The notes beneath the pieces were generated by a model. The model was not told the DNA's origin. It was given only the letters and a program-made list of their open reading frames with translations, and searched no databases. From contig JBBDYC010000008.1 of NCBI GenBank assembly GCA_040901985.1, forward strand, positions 250,626 to 314,625: DNA of 64,000 bases. Direction: 5' to 3'. This document shows positions 8,042-17,617 of the stretch, one piece after another; within the stretch, counting starts at the first letter, position 1, and every line of letters starts with the position of its first letter. Both the position numbers and the translations under genes were made by a program. Origin of the DNA: Gemmatimonadaceae bacterium (GTDB lineage: Bacteria > Gemmatimonadota > Gemmatimonadetes > Gemmatimonadales > Gemmatimonadaceae).

Positions 8042-10867
8042 TCATCGCCGTGGGCCTGTCACGCGGGCCCGAGTGAGCTGCCGTAGCTGGAGCCGGTACG
8101 CCGCCGCCTGCGCCCGGCGCTGGAGGGAATCGGCGGCGCTGGCGCGCACCGCGAGGCTGCGCGGCAGGAAGTTCACGAAGAGGCTCGGCTCCGGATGGTC
8201 AAAGACCGCGGCGACGTCCAACGCGCGTTGGTACTCCCCCCGCGCCATCAGCAGCTCGGCGAGGAGCATCCGCTCGACCGCCAGCGGCTCGAAGAAATCG
8301 TAGGTGAGTTGATCGCGTCGGGCCGTCGGCCGAAGCGCCTCGAGTCGGCGGATTGCCTCGGCGGTGTCGCCTTGGACGAGGGGGACGCGCGCCGCGACAG
8401 CGTCGCGCAACAGCGCGAGTCGTGGGACCTCCGGCGCCGAATCGGCAGACGCGGCGAGGCGCGCCGCAATCCGCTCCACCGGCGCCCGATCGCGACGATG
8501 CGTGTGCCACGCGGCGAGGAGCCACTGGGTCACCGCGCCGGCGCCAGCGTACCCTGCGCCGAAGCGCTCGCGCGAGTACTCGACCACCCCGTCGGCCTGC
8601 GCGTGGTACGGTGCGCCCGCCAGCGCATTCACGACGTGGAGATACAGCACCGCACTGATGCCGGCGGTGCGCGCGGAGTCGAGCATCTGCAGTGCCGCCG
8701 CGTGATCGCCCAACGCAACCAGTTGGCCGTGCAATCCAAGAAAGGCACCCCACCTCACGCCGGCGTCGGGCGCGTTGACGAGGAGCGTGCCAAACCCATC
8801 CGTGGCGCACTCCGTATGCTCGGGGGCGAGGGCGAGCACCTTGGCCGTGCCGAGCGCCGCCGCCGCGTCCTGCGCGACGAATGGCCCCCACGGCGCCCGC
8901 GACGGATCCCGAAGGCAGTCGCGGAAGATGCCGAGCGTCCGCATCCACGAGGCGTCGGCGCCAGCCAGGCGGAGGCGCGCGTAGTACCGGTCGAGCGCGG
9001 CGAGGTCGCCGCGCCGCGCCGCCGCCTCGGCGAGGTGCATCAGCGGCGGCGTGAAGGTGGTGTCGCGCGCCGCCGCCGTGTCGAAGTACGCGAGGGCCAC
9101 GACCTGCGGCGCAAGCGTCGCCGGGAGGAGGTGATAGTGGACCTCGCCAAGGGCCATATGCGCCTCGTCCCAGTCGGGCGCCAGCGCGAGTGCGGCGCGC
9201 AACAGCGTGACGGCGCTGTCGGCACTGCCCGAGAGGTAGGCGCTCAGTCCTGCGGCGAAGGGTCGGTACTGGGCGGGGAGGGCGGCCTGGTGGTCGAGTG
9301 CGCGCTGCGCCAGCTGCCGCGCGCGGTCGAGGCGATTCAGCCAGCTCGCTGCCTGGGCGGCGCGGATTGCCGCGTAGGCGAAGGTCGAATCCTCGGCGTG
9401 GGCGCGCTCGAACAGTTCGAGCGCGCGCGTGAAGCGCGCCGCGCGATACTCCCGCTCGCCCTGCGCCTGCAGGGCGAGGGCCGCCGGGGCCACGTTGAGC
9501 AGGGGCGCGAGATCGCGGACACGGCCGGGCGCGAGCCAACGCAGCAGCAACTTGCGCGTGGCCTCGAGGCCGAGCGCGGTGAGGTCGGCCGGCGCGGCCG
9601 CAGCGGCGCGCTCGATGGCGACCACCGTGTCGGCGCCCGCGTCATAGAGGCGGAGCACCACCGCCTCGTCGGCGCCGCTCCGCTGGATCGTGCCGTCAAT
9701 GAAGTAGCGCACGCCGTTCTTCCGCGCGAGACGACGCGCCATCGCCGCGTCGAGTCGGGCCGGGTCGGCGCGCGTGGCGGAGTCGAGCCAGTCCCAGCCG
9801 TGCCGCCAGGTGATCGGGCGGGCGTGGTCGAGCGCCAGCTCGATGGCGTACGCGATGTCGTCAGGCACCGCCGCCGTCGCGCTCGCGGTCGCCGGGTCGC
9901 GCACCGGAAAGACGGCAATCGCATTGCCATCGAGCGGCGTTGCCGTGGCAAGGACGGCGACCGCGAGTGCCGCAACTGCGATGCCGGCCGCCGCCATCGC
10001 CCGCCGCGACTTCAGGAACGCAAGGGGCGTCACCGGGCGCGTCAGCGCCGCCACGAACCGTGGCGCGTCGGGGTAACGGTCGGCGGGGCTCTTGGCCAGC
10101 ACCCGCGCGACCGCCTCGGCCAGCGGCGCCGGGACCGTCGGCCGGAGCGTACGCAGCGACGGCGCCGGCTCGACGCGGTGCCGGGCGATGATCGCCTGCG
10201 CCGTCCGCCCGAGGAATGGCGGATCACCGGCGAGCATTTCAAAGAGCACGATGCCTAGCGAGTAGAGGTCGCTCCGTCCGTCAATCACCGCGTCGGCGTC
10301 CGTCTGTTCCGGACTCATATAGGCCGCGGTGCCGATGACGAGCCCCTCGCTCGTGAAGCGTTCGGTCGCCGCGCGCGTCACCGCCCGGGCAATCCCGAAG
10401 TCGGCGAGGATCGCCACCCCGTCGGCCAGCAGGATGTTCTCGGGCTTCACGTCGCGGTGCACGATCCCGGCGCGGTGCGCGTGTTCGAGCGCGCCGGCGA
10501 TCTCGACCGTGATCCGCAGCGCCTCGTCCACCTCGAGCTGCCCCTCCGCCCGCAGGCGATCGCGAAGCGTGGGACCGGCGACGTACGGGAGGACGCAGTA
10601 CGGCAGGTCGCCGACGCGTCCCGAGTCGAGGATCGGCAGGATGTGCGGATGCTGCAGGCGCGACTCGATCTGGATCTCCTGCAGGAATCGCTCGACGGTC
10701 ACCGCGACGGCAATTTCCGGGCGAAGCACCTTGATCGCGACTTCGCGGGAGTGCCGGAGCTCGGTCGCCTGGTAGATCAGGCTCATTCCTCCACGGGCGA
10801 TCTCGCGCGTCACGGTGAACCGACCCGCCAGATGCGCCGCGAGCGTGGCCTGGAGGTCGTCGCTCAT
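8042..10867 (-). CDS. Hanks-type Ser/Thr protein kinase with TM segment and TPR-like C-terminus
   Basis: RGGM, VAIKV, HRDVKPEN, DFG, YMSPEQ, SDLYSLG; TM near aa 290-310; helical repeats. Confidence 0.92.
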   Translation of the reverse strand: MSDDLQATLAAHLAGRFTVTREIARGGMSLIYQATELRHSREVAIKVLRPEIAVAVTVERFLQEIQIESRLQHPHILPILDSGRVGDLPYCVLPYVAGPTLRDRLRAEGQLEVDEALRITVEIAGALEHAHRAGIVHRDVKPENILLADGVAILADFGIARAVTRAATERFTSEGLVIGTAAYMSPEQTDADAVIDGRSDLYSLGIVLFEMLAGDPPFLGRTAQAIIARHRVEPAPSLRTLRPTVPAPLAEAVARVLAKSPADRYPDAPRFVAALTRPVTPLAFLKSRRAMAAAGIAVAALAVAVLATATPLDGNAIAVFPVRDPATASATAAVPDDIAYAIELALDHARPITWRHGWDWLDSATRADPARLDAAMARRLARKNGVRYFIDGTIQRSGADEAVVLRLYDAGADTVVAIERAAAAAPADLTALGLEATRKLLLRWLAPGRVRDLAPLLNVAPAALALQAQGEREYRAARFTRALELFERAHAEDSTFAYAAIRAAQAASWLNRLDRARQLAQRALDHQAALPAQYRPFAAGLSAYLSGSADSAVTLLRAALALAPDWDEAHMALGEVHYHLLPATLAPQVVALAYFDTAAARDTTFTPPLMHLAEAAARRGDLAALDRYYARLRLAGADASWMRTLGIFRDCLRDPSRAPWGPFVAQDAAAALGTAKVLALAPEHTECATDGFGTLLVNAPDAGVRWGAFLGLHGQLVALGDHAAALQMLDSARTAGISAVLYLHVVNALAGAPYHAQADGVVEYSRERFGAGYAGAGAVTQWLLAAWHTHRRDRAPVERIAARLAASADSAPEVPRLALLRDAVAARVPLVQGDTAEAIRRLEALRPTARRDQLTYDFFEPLAVERMLLAELLMARGEYQRALDVAAVFDHPEPSLFVNFLPRSLAVRASAADSLQRRAQAAAYRLQLRQLTRARVTGPRR

Positions 10868-10889
10868 CGGCGGCGCGGTGGAGGCCGGT

Positions 10890-11645
10890 TCACGGCATAC
10901 CGATGCTGACGCTGCCGCAGACCGTGGGGGCCGTCGCCGAGCACGCGCGCACGGTCACGGTGCCGCGCGACACTCGGGTGATCCGGCCGTCCGCCGTCAC
11001 GGTGACCGCCGCCGCTGCCGACGACGACCAGATGACATCCTGCCGCACCCGCAGCGGGCCGTGCACCTCGGCCGCCAATTGCGCGGAATCGCCGAGCGCC
11101 AGCACCCTGACCGGACTGCGCACGCTCACCGAGGTCGCCGGATCGGCCGCGTCGAGCCGTAGGACGAGCGCCGTCACTTCGCTCGGCCAGCCGAGGGCTC
11201 CTGCCGCGCCGTAGCCCGCCGCCTCGTGCAGCGCCGCGCGCGCGGCGGGCGTGTCAATGGCTCGGATTGCCCACGCCGCCCGTTGCTGCGATTCGCTGAG
11301 GAGGTTGCGGAGCGCCCGCGAGAGCATCACGGCCGAGTCGGAGAGCCCGTGGCCCCTGAAGATCGTGTCGAGCGCGGCGGCGCGTTCCGCCAGCCGACGT
11401 TCCTCCCACACCTGGGCAAGGAAGTTCTGCTGGTGTGGCCACGCCGCGCCGCGATACAACGCGACGACCAGCGGCTCGAGTGCGGCGTCGCCGTGCGCGA
11501 CCACGCGCGCGAGCTCCGTCGGACACTCCTCGCACGTCAACCAGGCGGCGACGTCGCCGCGCGGGTCCGCGCAGGCGACGCCTGCCAACAAGGCGAGCGC
11601 CACGCGGAGCGGGTGCGCCGCCAGACGTCGGGACATCGTCACCAT
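10890..11645 (-). CDS. lipoprotein with C-terminal Ig-like (Big_2) domain
   Basis: Lipobox GVAC; CEEC motif; 'VIWSSSAAAAVTVTADGRIT..GTVTVRA' Big_2 pattern. Confidence 0.7.
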   Translation of the reverse strand: MVTMSRRLAAHPLRVALALLAGVACADPRGDVAAWLTCEECPTELARVVAHGDAALEPLVVALYRGAAWPHQQNFLAQVWEERRLAERAAALDTIFRGHGLSDSAVMLSRALRNLLSESQQRAAWAIRAIDTPAARAALHEAAGYGAAGALGWPSEVTALVLRLDAADPATSVSVRSPVRVLALGDSAQLAAEVHGPLRVRQDVIWSSSAAAAVTVTADGRITRVSRGTVTVRACSATAPTVCGSVSIGMP

Positions 11646-13015
11646 CCGGGGGCCTCACAGAATGCGGCGGACGCCCCGAGGCGCCCGCCGGCGTTGGCGA
11701 TTGGCCGCACGTCGCGGGACAGGAGTCCGCAGGCGCCCGCATAGGGGTCGCAGCCACAATCCAGCTGGGGCGCCGCCGCCGCGGCGAAGAAGGAACGCGG
11801 ATCGAAGTGCATCCGGTACACCTGGCCGAGCGAGAGCCGGGTCCGCGCGGCGGTGGTCTCCAGATTCACGCGTCCCCACATCAAGTTGTCCTTCGCGAAG
11901 CCCTTGATGGCATCTACGTGACCGGTGTGCCGCCCATTCTCGCCCCACGGAACGACGAGCCCCGCCAGATGGCCGAGCTCGTGGGCCAGCGTGCTCGGCA
12001 GCGCATTCGGCTGGATGCGGATGACGTTGTGCGGTGCGTCTGACCCTTCCGGCGGCCAGCAGTACTGGCCACGCGCTTCCGTGAAGGCGTCCATCACATA
12101 GACGTTGATCGCGTTGGGGTCCCAGAGATCGGGAGTCGAGCCGGTGCCGGCGATGTCACCGTCGAGCGCAATCTCGTCAAAAAGCGTGCTGCAGTTGATG
12201 GCCGACGACAGGAGGACCTTCGGCGGCGCGATGCGCTGGACGACCAGGCCGGCGCGCGCCGCGAACAAGATGCCGTTCGCCACGCCGATCGCGTCGTCCA
12301 TCTGCGTGGCACGATTGGCGAGGATGGTCGCGACCTCGCCAGCGCTCAACCCCGCGGCGGCGAACATCTCCTCGTGGCGGAGCAGCCAGATCCGCAACTT
12401 CGCCGGCCGCCAGACGGCCGCCGTCGGGAACGGCTGGTCGTCCGCCGCATCGGTCCACGGCTGCCCGCGAGCCGGCGCCGCATAGCCGGTGAGCGCAACC
12501 AAGTCCGTCGGGACGCACGCCTGGCCACGCGCGGCGAGCGACCCGCCGCGGACAAACGACACCGTATGGTCGCTGGGGCAGACTCCGTCGCCACCTATGG
12601 TCAGGAGCACGCTGGGAATCACGTGGTCCTGTGCCGTGGCCCGATCGCCACTCGGGACGACGAGATCCACCACCAGTTGATCCGTGCGGCCGCCAGCCCG
12701 GACCTCGACCGTGACCCGCCCCGAGGAGGCGGTGGGCATGGTGATGCGAGCGTCGCGTCCGTTCGCCCCGGTCGTGATCGCCACGCCGGGCGCCGAGGTG
12801 TGCCAGGTGATCGGCTCGTCAATGAGGTCGCCGCCCTTGTTCTTTCGATACCGCGCCCGGGCGTCGAAGGTCGCGGTGGTCGCGCTGGCGTTGTTGACGG
12901 CGATCTGCACGCGGGTCGGGAAGACCTCGACTTGCTTGCAGGCAATCGGGGTCAGCGCGAGCGCGACGACCAGCGCGCGCGTCACTGGTTGGGACAACAA
13001 TCGTGACGTTGCCAT
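11639..13015 (-). CDS. lipoprotein, Ig-like domain plus putative metzincin-like (M43-like) zinc metalloprotease
   Basis: Lipobox PIAC; AINVYV; TLAHELGHLAGL; downstream DNLM Met-turn-like motif. Confidence 0.65.
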   Translation of the reverse strand: MATSRLLSQPVTRALVVALALTPIACKQVEVFPTRVQIAVNNASATTATFDARARYRKNKGGDLIDEPITWHTSAPGVAITTGANGRDARITMPTASSGRVTVEVRAGGRTDQLVVDLVVPSGDRATAQDHVIPSVLLTIGGDGVCPSDHTVSFVRGGSLAARGQACVPTDLVALTGYAAPARGQPWTDAADDQPFPTAAVWRPAKLRIWLLRHEEMFAAAGLSAGEVATILANRATQMDDAIGVANGILFAARAGLVVQRIAPPKVLLSSAINCSTLFDEIALDGDIAGTGSTPDLWDPNAINVYVMDAFTEARGQYCWPPEGSDAPHNVIRIQPNALPSTLAHELGHLAGLVVPWGENGRHTGHVDAIKGFAKDNLMWGRVNLETTAARTRLSLGQVYRMHFDPRSFFAAAAAPQLDCGCDPYAGACGLLSRDVRPIANAGGRLGASAAFCEAPGW

Positions 13016-13265
13016 GAGAGCCGCCGGGTCAGATGACCCACCGACGACGCGAACCGCTCGGCTGGCGCCGCGGCACGCTCATCGGGGTGCACCGACGGCT
13101 AGGATACGGCATCCAGGTCACCCGCGCCAGAGGGGGGAGGTGGCGCCACGCACCTTGAAGCCGGGTTGCCGGGGTCCGCCGGCGGTGGAACCGCCCACTG
13201 TGGGGTACCAGAAACGCGTCTCCTGTGCACCTCGCCCCCCACCCGTTTGGCAAGAGGCAGTTTCG

Positions 13266-14432
13266 ATGGACGCGCGAACGGCCACCGGCCAGAAGGGGCA
13301 GGCCTCTGCCGACCTCCGACAACACGACGGCACCCTCGTCGCCGAGCTCGCGGGCACGTGGCAGCTTGAGTACGCCACCCCGCGGTTCGAGCCGTTGATT
13401 GAGGCCGCGCTCGCCGACGGGAACCTGCCGCACGCGACAAACCGTACGATCGGGTTTGATGGCACGGCGCTCGGCGAATGGGACAGCAGTCTGCTGATTT
13501 TCCTGCGCCAAGGGCAGGAATACTGCGAGTCCAATGGCTACACGTTCGACACCGCAGGCCTGCCGGGGCGGATTACCCAGCTGCTCTCGCTCGCCAACGT
13601 CGTGCCGGAGCGGAGCGTCGAGGCCGGGGCGCCAGAGCCCTCAAACGTTGCGCAGATCGGGGTCGTCGGCATCGCGGCGTGGGACTCCGTCGTCTCCGCG
13701 CTGACGTTCCTCGGCGAGGTGGCCCAGGGTCTCGTCCGGCTGCTCACCGGCAAGACCCGGATGCAGTGGCGCGCCTTCTGGGTCGTCGTCCAGTCGAACA
13801 GCTCCGGTGCGCTCCCCATCGTCACGCTCATCGCAGTGCTGCTCGGCGTGATCATCGCCTTTCTCGGCGTGGTCGTCCTGCAGCGCTTTGGCGCCGGCTC
13901 CTACGTGTCGTACCTGGTCGGCTACGGGATGCTGCGCGAGATGGGCGCCCTGATGACCGGCATCATCATCGCGGGTCGCACCGGTGCCGGCTTCGCCGCC
14001 GAGTTGGGGAGTATGAAGATCACCGAGGAGTTGGACGCGTACTCCACGCTCGGCATCTCGCCGATTGACCATCTCGCGCTTCCGCGCCTCCTGGGGCTCT
14101 TCGTGATGATGCCCCTGCTCGTGGTGTACGCGGATTTCATCGGCATCCTTGGCGGAATGTTCGTCGCGGTCTCGTTGCTGGACCTCACGGCCACGCAGTT
14201 CACGACCGGACTGCTGTCCGCGGTGAGTCTTTCCGACGCGCTGCTCGGCGTGTTCAAGGGGATGATTTTCGGAGTGATCATCGGACTGTCCGGATGCTTT
14301 CAGGGCCTGCGCACCGGTTCTGACGCGAGCGCGGTAGGCCGGTCGGCAACAGCGGCCGTCGTGCTCGGCATCACGCTGATCATTGTCGCGAACGCCGTGG
14401 TGGATTGGATGGCGGCGCTGTGGCACGTATGA
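13266..14432 (+). CDS. mlaE: MlaE-family ABC permease with N-terminal STAS-like region
   Basis: REMGALMTGIIIAGRTGAGFAAELGSMKITEELDA; VGRSATAAVV. Confidence 0.9.
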   Translation: MDARTATGQKGQASADLRQHDGTLVAELAGTWQLEYATPRFEPLIEAALADGNLPHATNRTIGFDGTALGEWDSSLLIFLRQGQEYCESNGYTFDTAGLPGRITQLLSLANVVPERSVEAGAPEPSNVAQIGVVGIAAWDSVVSALTFLGEVAQGLVRLLTGKTRMQWRAFWVVVQSNSSGALPIVTLIAVLLGVIIAFLGVVVLQRFGAGSYVSYLVGYGMLREMGALMTGIIIAGRTGAGFAAELGSMKITEELDAYSTLGISPIDHLALPRLLGLFVMMPLLVVYADFIGILGGMFVAVSLLDLTATQFTTGLLSAVSLSDALLGVFKGMIFGVIIGLSGCFQGLRTGSDASAVGRSATAAVVLGITLIIVANAVVDWMAALWHV

Positions 14433-15193
14433 CAAACGGCACCCCACCGGTCGAGGTGACGAACCTGACGATGCAGTACGGGTCGTTGGTGGTGATGAAC
14501 GATCTCACGTTCGCGGTCAAGCGCGGCGAGGTCTTCGTCATCATGGGCGGGAGCGGCAGCGGAAAGAGCACCCTGCTCAAGTATCTCGTCGGGCTCCGGA
14601 CGGCCGCCGCCGGCGCGGTCCGCATCAATGGCGAGGACCTCACGGCGGCGGACGTCGAGACGCGCCGGCAGAGTCTGCGTCGCATCGGCGTGCTGTATCA
14701 GGGGGGTGCGCTCTGGAGCGGGCTTACGCTCGCCGAGAATGTCGCGCTGCCGCTCGAGGAGCTGTCGGATCTCGACGCGGCGGCGATCGCCGAGGTCGTC
14801 GAGCTCAAGCTCGCGTTGGTCGGCCTGCGCGGGTACGGTGGGTTCTATCCCAGCGCCATCAGCGGCGGGATGCGCAAGCGCGCCTCGCTCGCCCGCGCCA
14901 TCGCGTTGGATCCCGACGTGCTCTTCTTCGACGAGCCGTCGTCGGGGCTCGATCCCATCAGTGCGAGCCGACTCGACGACCTGATCATCGCCCTCGCCGA
15001 AAGCTTTGGCACGACGATCGTCGTCGTGACGCACGACCTGGCCAGCATTTTCCGGATCGCCGATCGGGCGCTCTTTCTTGACATCTCGCAGCGGACGATG
15101 ACCGCGCTTGGGCCTCCCGCCGAGCTACGCGACAATCCGCCCAACGACGAGGTCCGTCGGTTCCTCACCCGCGACAGTGGGAGCACTGTATGA
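14429..15193 (+). CDS. mlaF: MlaF-family ABC ATPase
   Basis: GGSGSGKS, ISGGMRKR, FFDEPSSGLDP, VTHD; ATGA coupling. Confidence 0.92.
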   Translation: MTNGTPPVEVTNLTMQYGSLVVMNDLTFAVKRGEVFVIMGGSGSGKSTLLKYLVGLRTAAAGAVRINGEDLTAADVETRRQSLRRIGVLYQGGALWSGLTLAENVALPLEELSDLDAAAIAEVVELKLALVGLRGYGGFYPSAISGGMRKRASLARAIALDPDVLFFDEPSSGLDPISASRLDDLIIALAESFGTTIVVVTHDLASIFRIADRALFLDISQRTMTALGPPAELRDNPPNDEVRRFLTRDSGSTV

Positions 15194-16182
15194 GCGTACG
15201 CGCAAATCCGACGGCGATCGGGGCATTTATGATCGGCGCCGTTGCCATCGTCATCGTCGGCACGGCCGTGCTGGCGTCGGCCACCTGGTTCGAGAGGCGA
15301 TCCACCTTTGTCGGCTTCTTCAGCGAATCCGTCAACGGACTCGAGGTCGGCGCCCCGGTGAAGTTCCAGGGCGTGCCGGTTGGCACGGTGACGGGAATCC
15401 AGATTCAGATTGACCGGGAGGAGAGGACATTCCAGGTGCCCGTGCGGTTCGACGTGAATCTCCGGATGCTCGAGACGGTGCGGGGGTCGTTCATGAACCT
15501 CGCGGATTCGGCGGAGCTCGCGCGGCAGATCGCCGAGGGCTTCCGTGCGCAGCTCCAGATGGAGAGCCTCGTGACCGGCCAGCTCTACCTCGAGCTGAGC
15601 TATGACACTGCTGCCGCGCCACCCGTGCTCGAGCCGCACGTCACCAGGTGGCCCGAGATCCCGACCACGCCGTCGCTGATGTCCGCGCTCGGTACCGGGG
15701 CCGGCAGCGTCGTGGCCGATGTGATCAAGGTGCTCTTCCAGGTGAATGAGATCTTGGCGGAGATTGATATGCCGGAGATCAACACGGCAGTCGTGGCGAC
15801 GGCACAGTCCGTCCAATCGCTGGTGAATGCGCCGGAGATCCGCGCCGCGCTGGCACAGGTTCCCGCCGTGACCGCCCAGGTCACACGCACGATGGCGGCG
15901 GTCGAGACCTTTGCAACGACGGCAGAAGGCGCGGTCGGGCCGATCGGCGTCCAGGTGGAGCGCGCCACGACCGAAATGGCGAACGCGCTGACCTCGTTGC
16001 GGAAAACGCTTGAGGAGACCCATGGGCTGTTGTCCACGGATTCCGGCATCGGGTTCGAAATCCAGGCGGCGCTCTCGAGCCTCACGGAGGCCGCCAATGC
16101 ATTGCAGTTGCTAACCACGACCATTGAGCAGAGCCCTGACATCCTGCTGCGCGGCAAGAAGCCGCCGGAGAAACAGCCATGA
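15190..16182 (+). CDS. MCE-domain (MlaD/PqiB-like) protein
   Basis: N-terminal TM; SVNGLEVGAPVKFQGVPVGTV; C-terminal PDILLRGK. Confidence 0.88.
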   Translation: MSVRANPTAIGAFMIGAVAIVIVGTAVLASATWFERRSTFVGFFSESVNGLEVGAPVKFQGVPVGTVTGIQIQIDREERTFQVPVRFDVNLRMLETVRGSFMNLADSAELARQIAEGFRAQLQMESLVTGQLYLELSYDTAAAPPVLEPHVTRWPEIPTTPSLMSALGTGAGSVVADVIKVLFQVNEILAEIDMPEINTAVVATAQSVQSLVNAPEIRAALAQVPAVTAQVTRTMAAVETFATTAEGAVGPIGVQVERATTEMANALTSLRKTLEETHGLLSTDSGIGFEIQAALSSLTEAANALQLLTTTIEQSPDILLRGKKPPEKQP

Positions 16183-16880
16183 CCCGCGCACCCGGACGGA
16201 CCTCTCTCTCCCTCGCGATGGCAGCGCTCGTTGTCACGGGATGCTTCAAGCTTTCTCGCACCTCACCACCGGTGGAGCGGTACGTGCTTGGCGGTGCCGT
16301 CGCGGCGCCGGACGAATCGCTCCAGCGGGATTCGGCCGGCCTCTCAATCGGACTGCGGCGACTCGACCTCGCGCCGTATCTCTCGACACTCGCCATCGTG
16401 GTGCGTCGGGCTGACAACGAGATCATCACCACCGGATTCCACCGGTGGGCCGAGAGCCCGAGTGCCGGATTGAATCGCGCGGTGTCCGGGTATCTCGCCG
16501 TCTCGCCCGGCATCCGTGCGGTGGACGTGGCTCCGTGGCCGGTCCGCGCCGAGCACGATTACCTCGTGCAACTGCACGTGTCGCGGCTGGAAGGCGTGGC
16601 GGCCGGCGGTGCTGCCGCGAGAACGGGTGAGTCGCATCTCTTGGCGCGGTGGGAGATCATCCGGCCGGGCGACGGCGCGTTGGTCGCGCGCGGGGCGACC
16701 GATTACCGCTCCCCCGACTGGGTCCTCACCGACTATGCCGGGCTCGTGTCGCGGTTGGATCGCGGACTGGTGGTGCTGGCGAAGGATCTGGTGGCGTGCC
16801 TGGCGCGGCTCGGGCCGGCAGTGCCGGCGGACAGCGTGGCGGGCCCCGCCGCGCCGACGCTGGAGTGTGCGGCGCGGTGA
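16179..16880 (+). CDS. PqiC-family ABC transport auxiliary lipoprotein
   Basis: Lipobox VTGC; LAPYL, HRWAE motifs; last gene of MCE operon. Confidence 0.8.
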   Translation: MTRAPGRTSLSLAMAALVVTGCFKLSRTSPPVERYVLGGAVAAPDESLQRDSAGLSIGLRRLDLAPYLSTLAIVVRRADNEIITTGFHRWAESPSAGLNRAVSGYLAVSPGIRAVDVAPWPVRAEHDYLVQLHVSRLEGVAAGGAAARTGESHLLARWEIIRPGDGALVARGATDYRSPDWVLTDYAGLVSRLDRGLVVLAKDLVACLARLGPAVPADSVAGPAAPTLECAAR

Positions 16881-16933
16881 CGGACGCACGGCACGAGCCC
16901 CCTCGAGTGCACGAGGGAACGTGGTTCGTGTCG

Positions 16934-17617
16934 TCAGCCCGTATCCAGGCCACCGCGGCGTCGGAGTGCCTCCACGACCGCCGGCACCTCGCCAATCCGC
17001 GCAAACCAGTGATCCGGCGCCGTCGTCTCCAGCTGCGCCCGCGAGAACGGCCCCCAGAGCGCCGCCCCCGTCACCACCCCCGCCGCGCGCCCGGCCAGCA
17101 TGTCGTGCGTCGAGTCGCCGACGAAGATCGCCCGCTCGCGACGCCCGCCGATCAGCGAGAGCGCGTGCCACACCGGCTCCGGCTCCGGCTTGTGCCGCTC
17201 CGTCGCGTCAATGCCCACCACCGCGCCAAAGCACTCCTCCACGCCAATGTGCCGCAGCGACCGCCGCGCGCCCTCCTCGAGCTTCGACGTCACCACCGCC
17301 AACCGGTGCCCCGCCGCGTGCAGCGCCCGGACCACTTTCACAACGCCCGGATACGCCGCCGTCTGCGCGTCGTGGTTGGCTACCTGATACTCGCGGTAGC
17401 GCCCACGCAGGTGGAGCAGATCCGCCTCGTCCTCGGCGTACGGCCGGATCATCGCGTCGAGCGGCGTGCCGATCGCCGCGACCCACTCGTGCACCGGCGG
17501 ACGCCGCGTGCGATCGGCAAACGCGTGCTCCATCGACGCCACGAGCAGGCCAATGGAATCCACCAGCGTCCCGTCGAGGTCAAACAACACGGCATACGGC
17601 GCGCGAGTTGCCGTCAT
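16934..17617 (-). CDS. HAD-IA hydrolase (PpaX/phosphoglycolate phosphatase-like)
   Basis: FDLDGTLVDS, VVTSK, KPEPEP, VGDSTHD. Confidence 0.9.
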   Translation of the reverse strand: MTATRAPYAVLFDLDGTLVDSIGLLVASMEHAFADRTRRPPVHEWVAAIGTPLDAMIRPYAEDEADLLHLRGRYREYQVANHDAQTAAYPGVVKVVRALHAAGHRLAVVTSKLEEGARRSLRHIGVEECFGAVVGIDATERHKPEPEPVWHALSLIGGRRERAIFVGDSTHDMLAGRAAGVVTGAALWGPFSRAQLETTAPDHWFARIGEVPAVVEALRRRGGLDTG

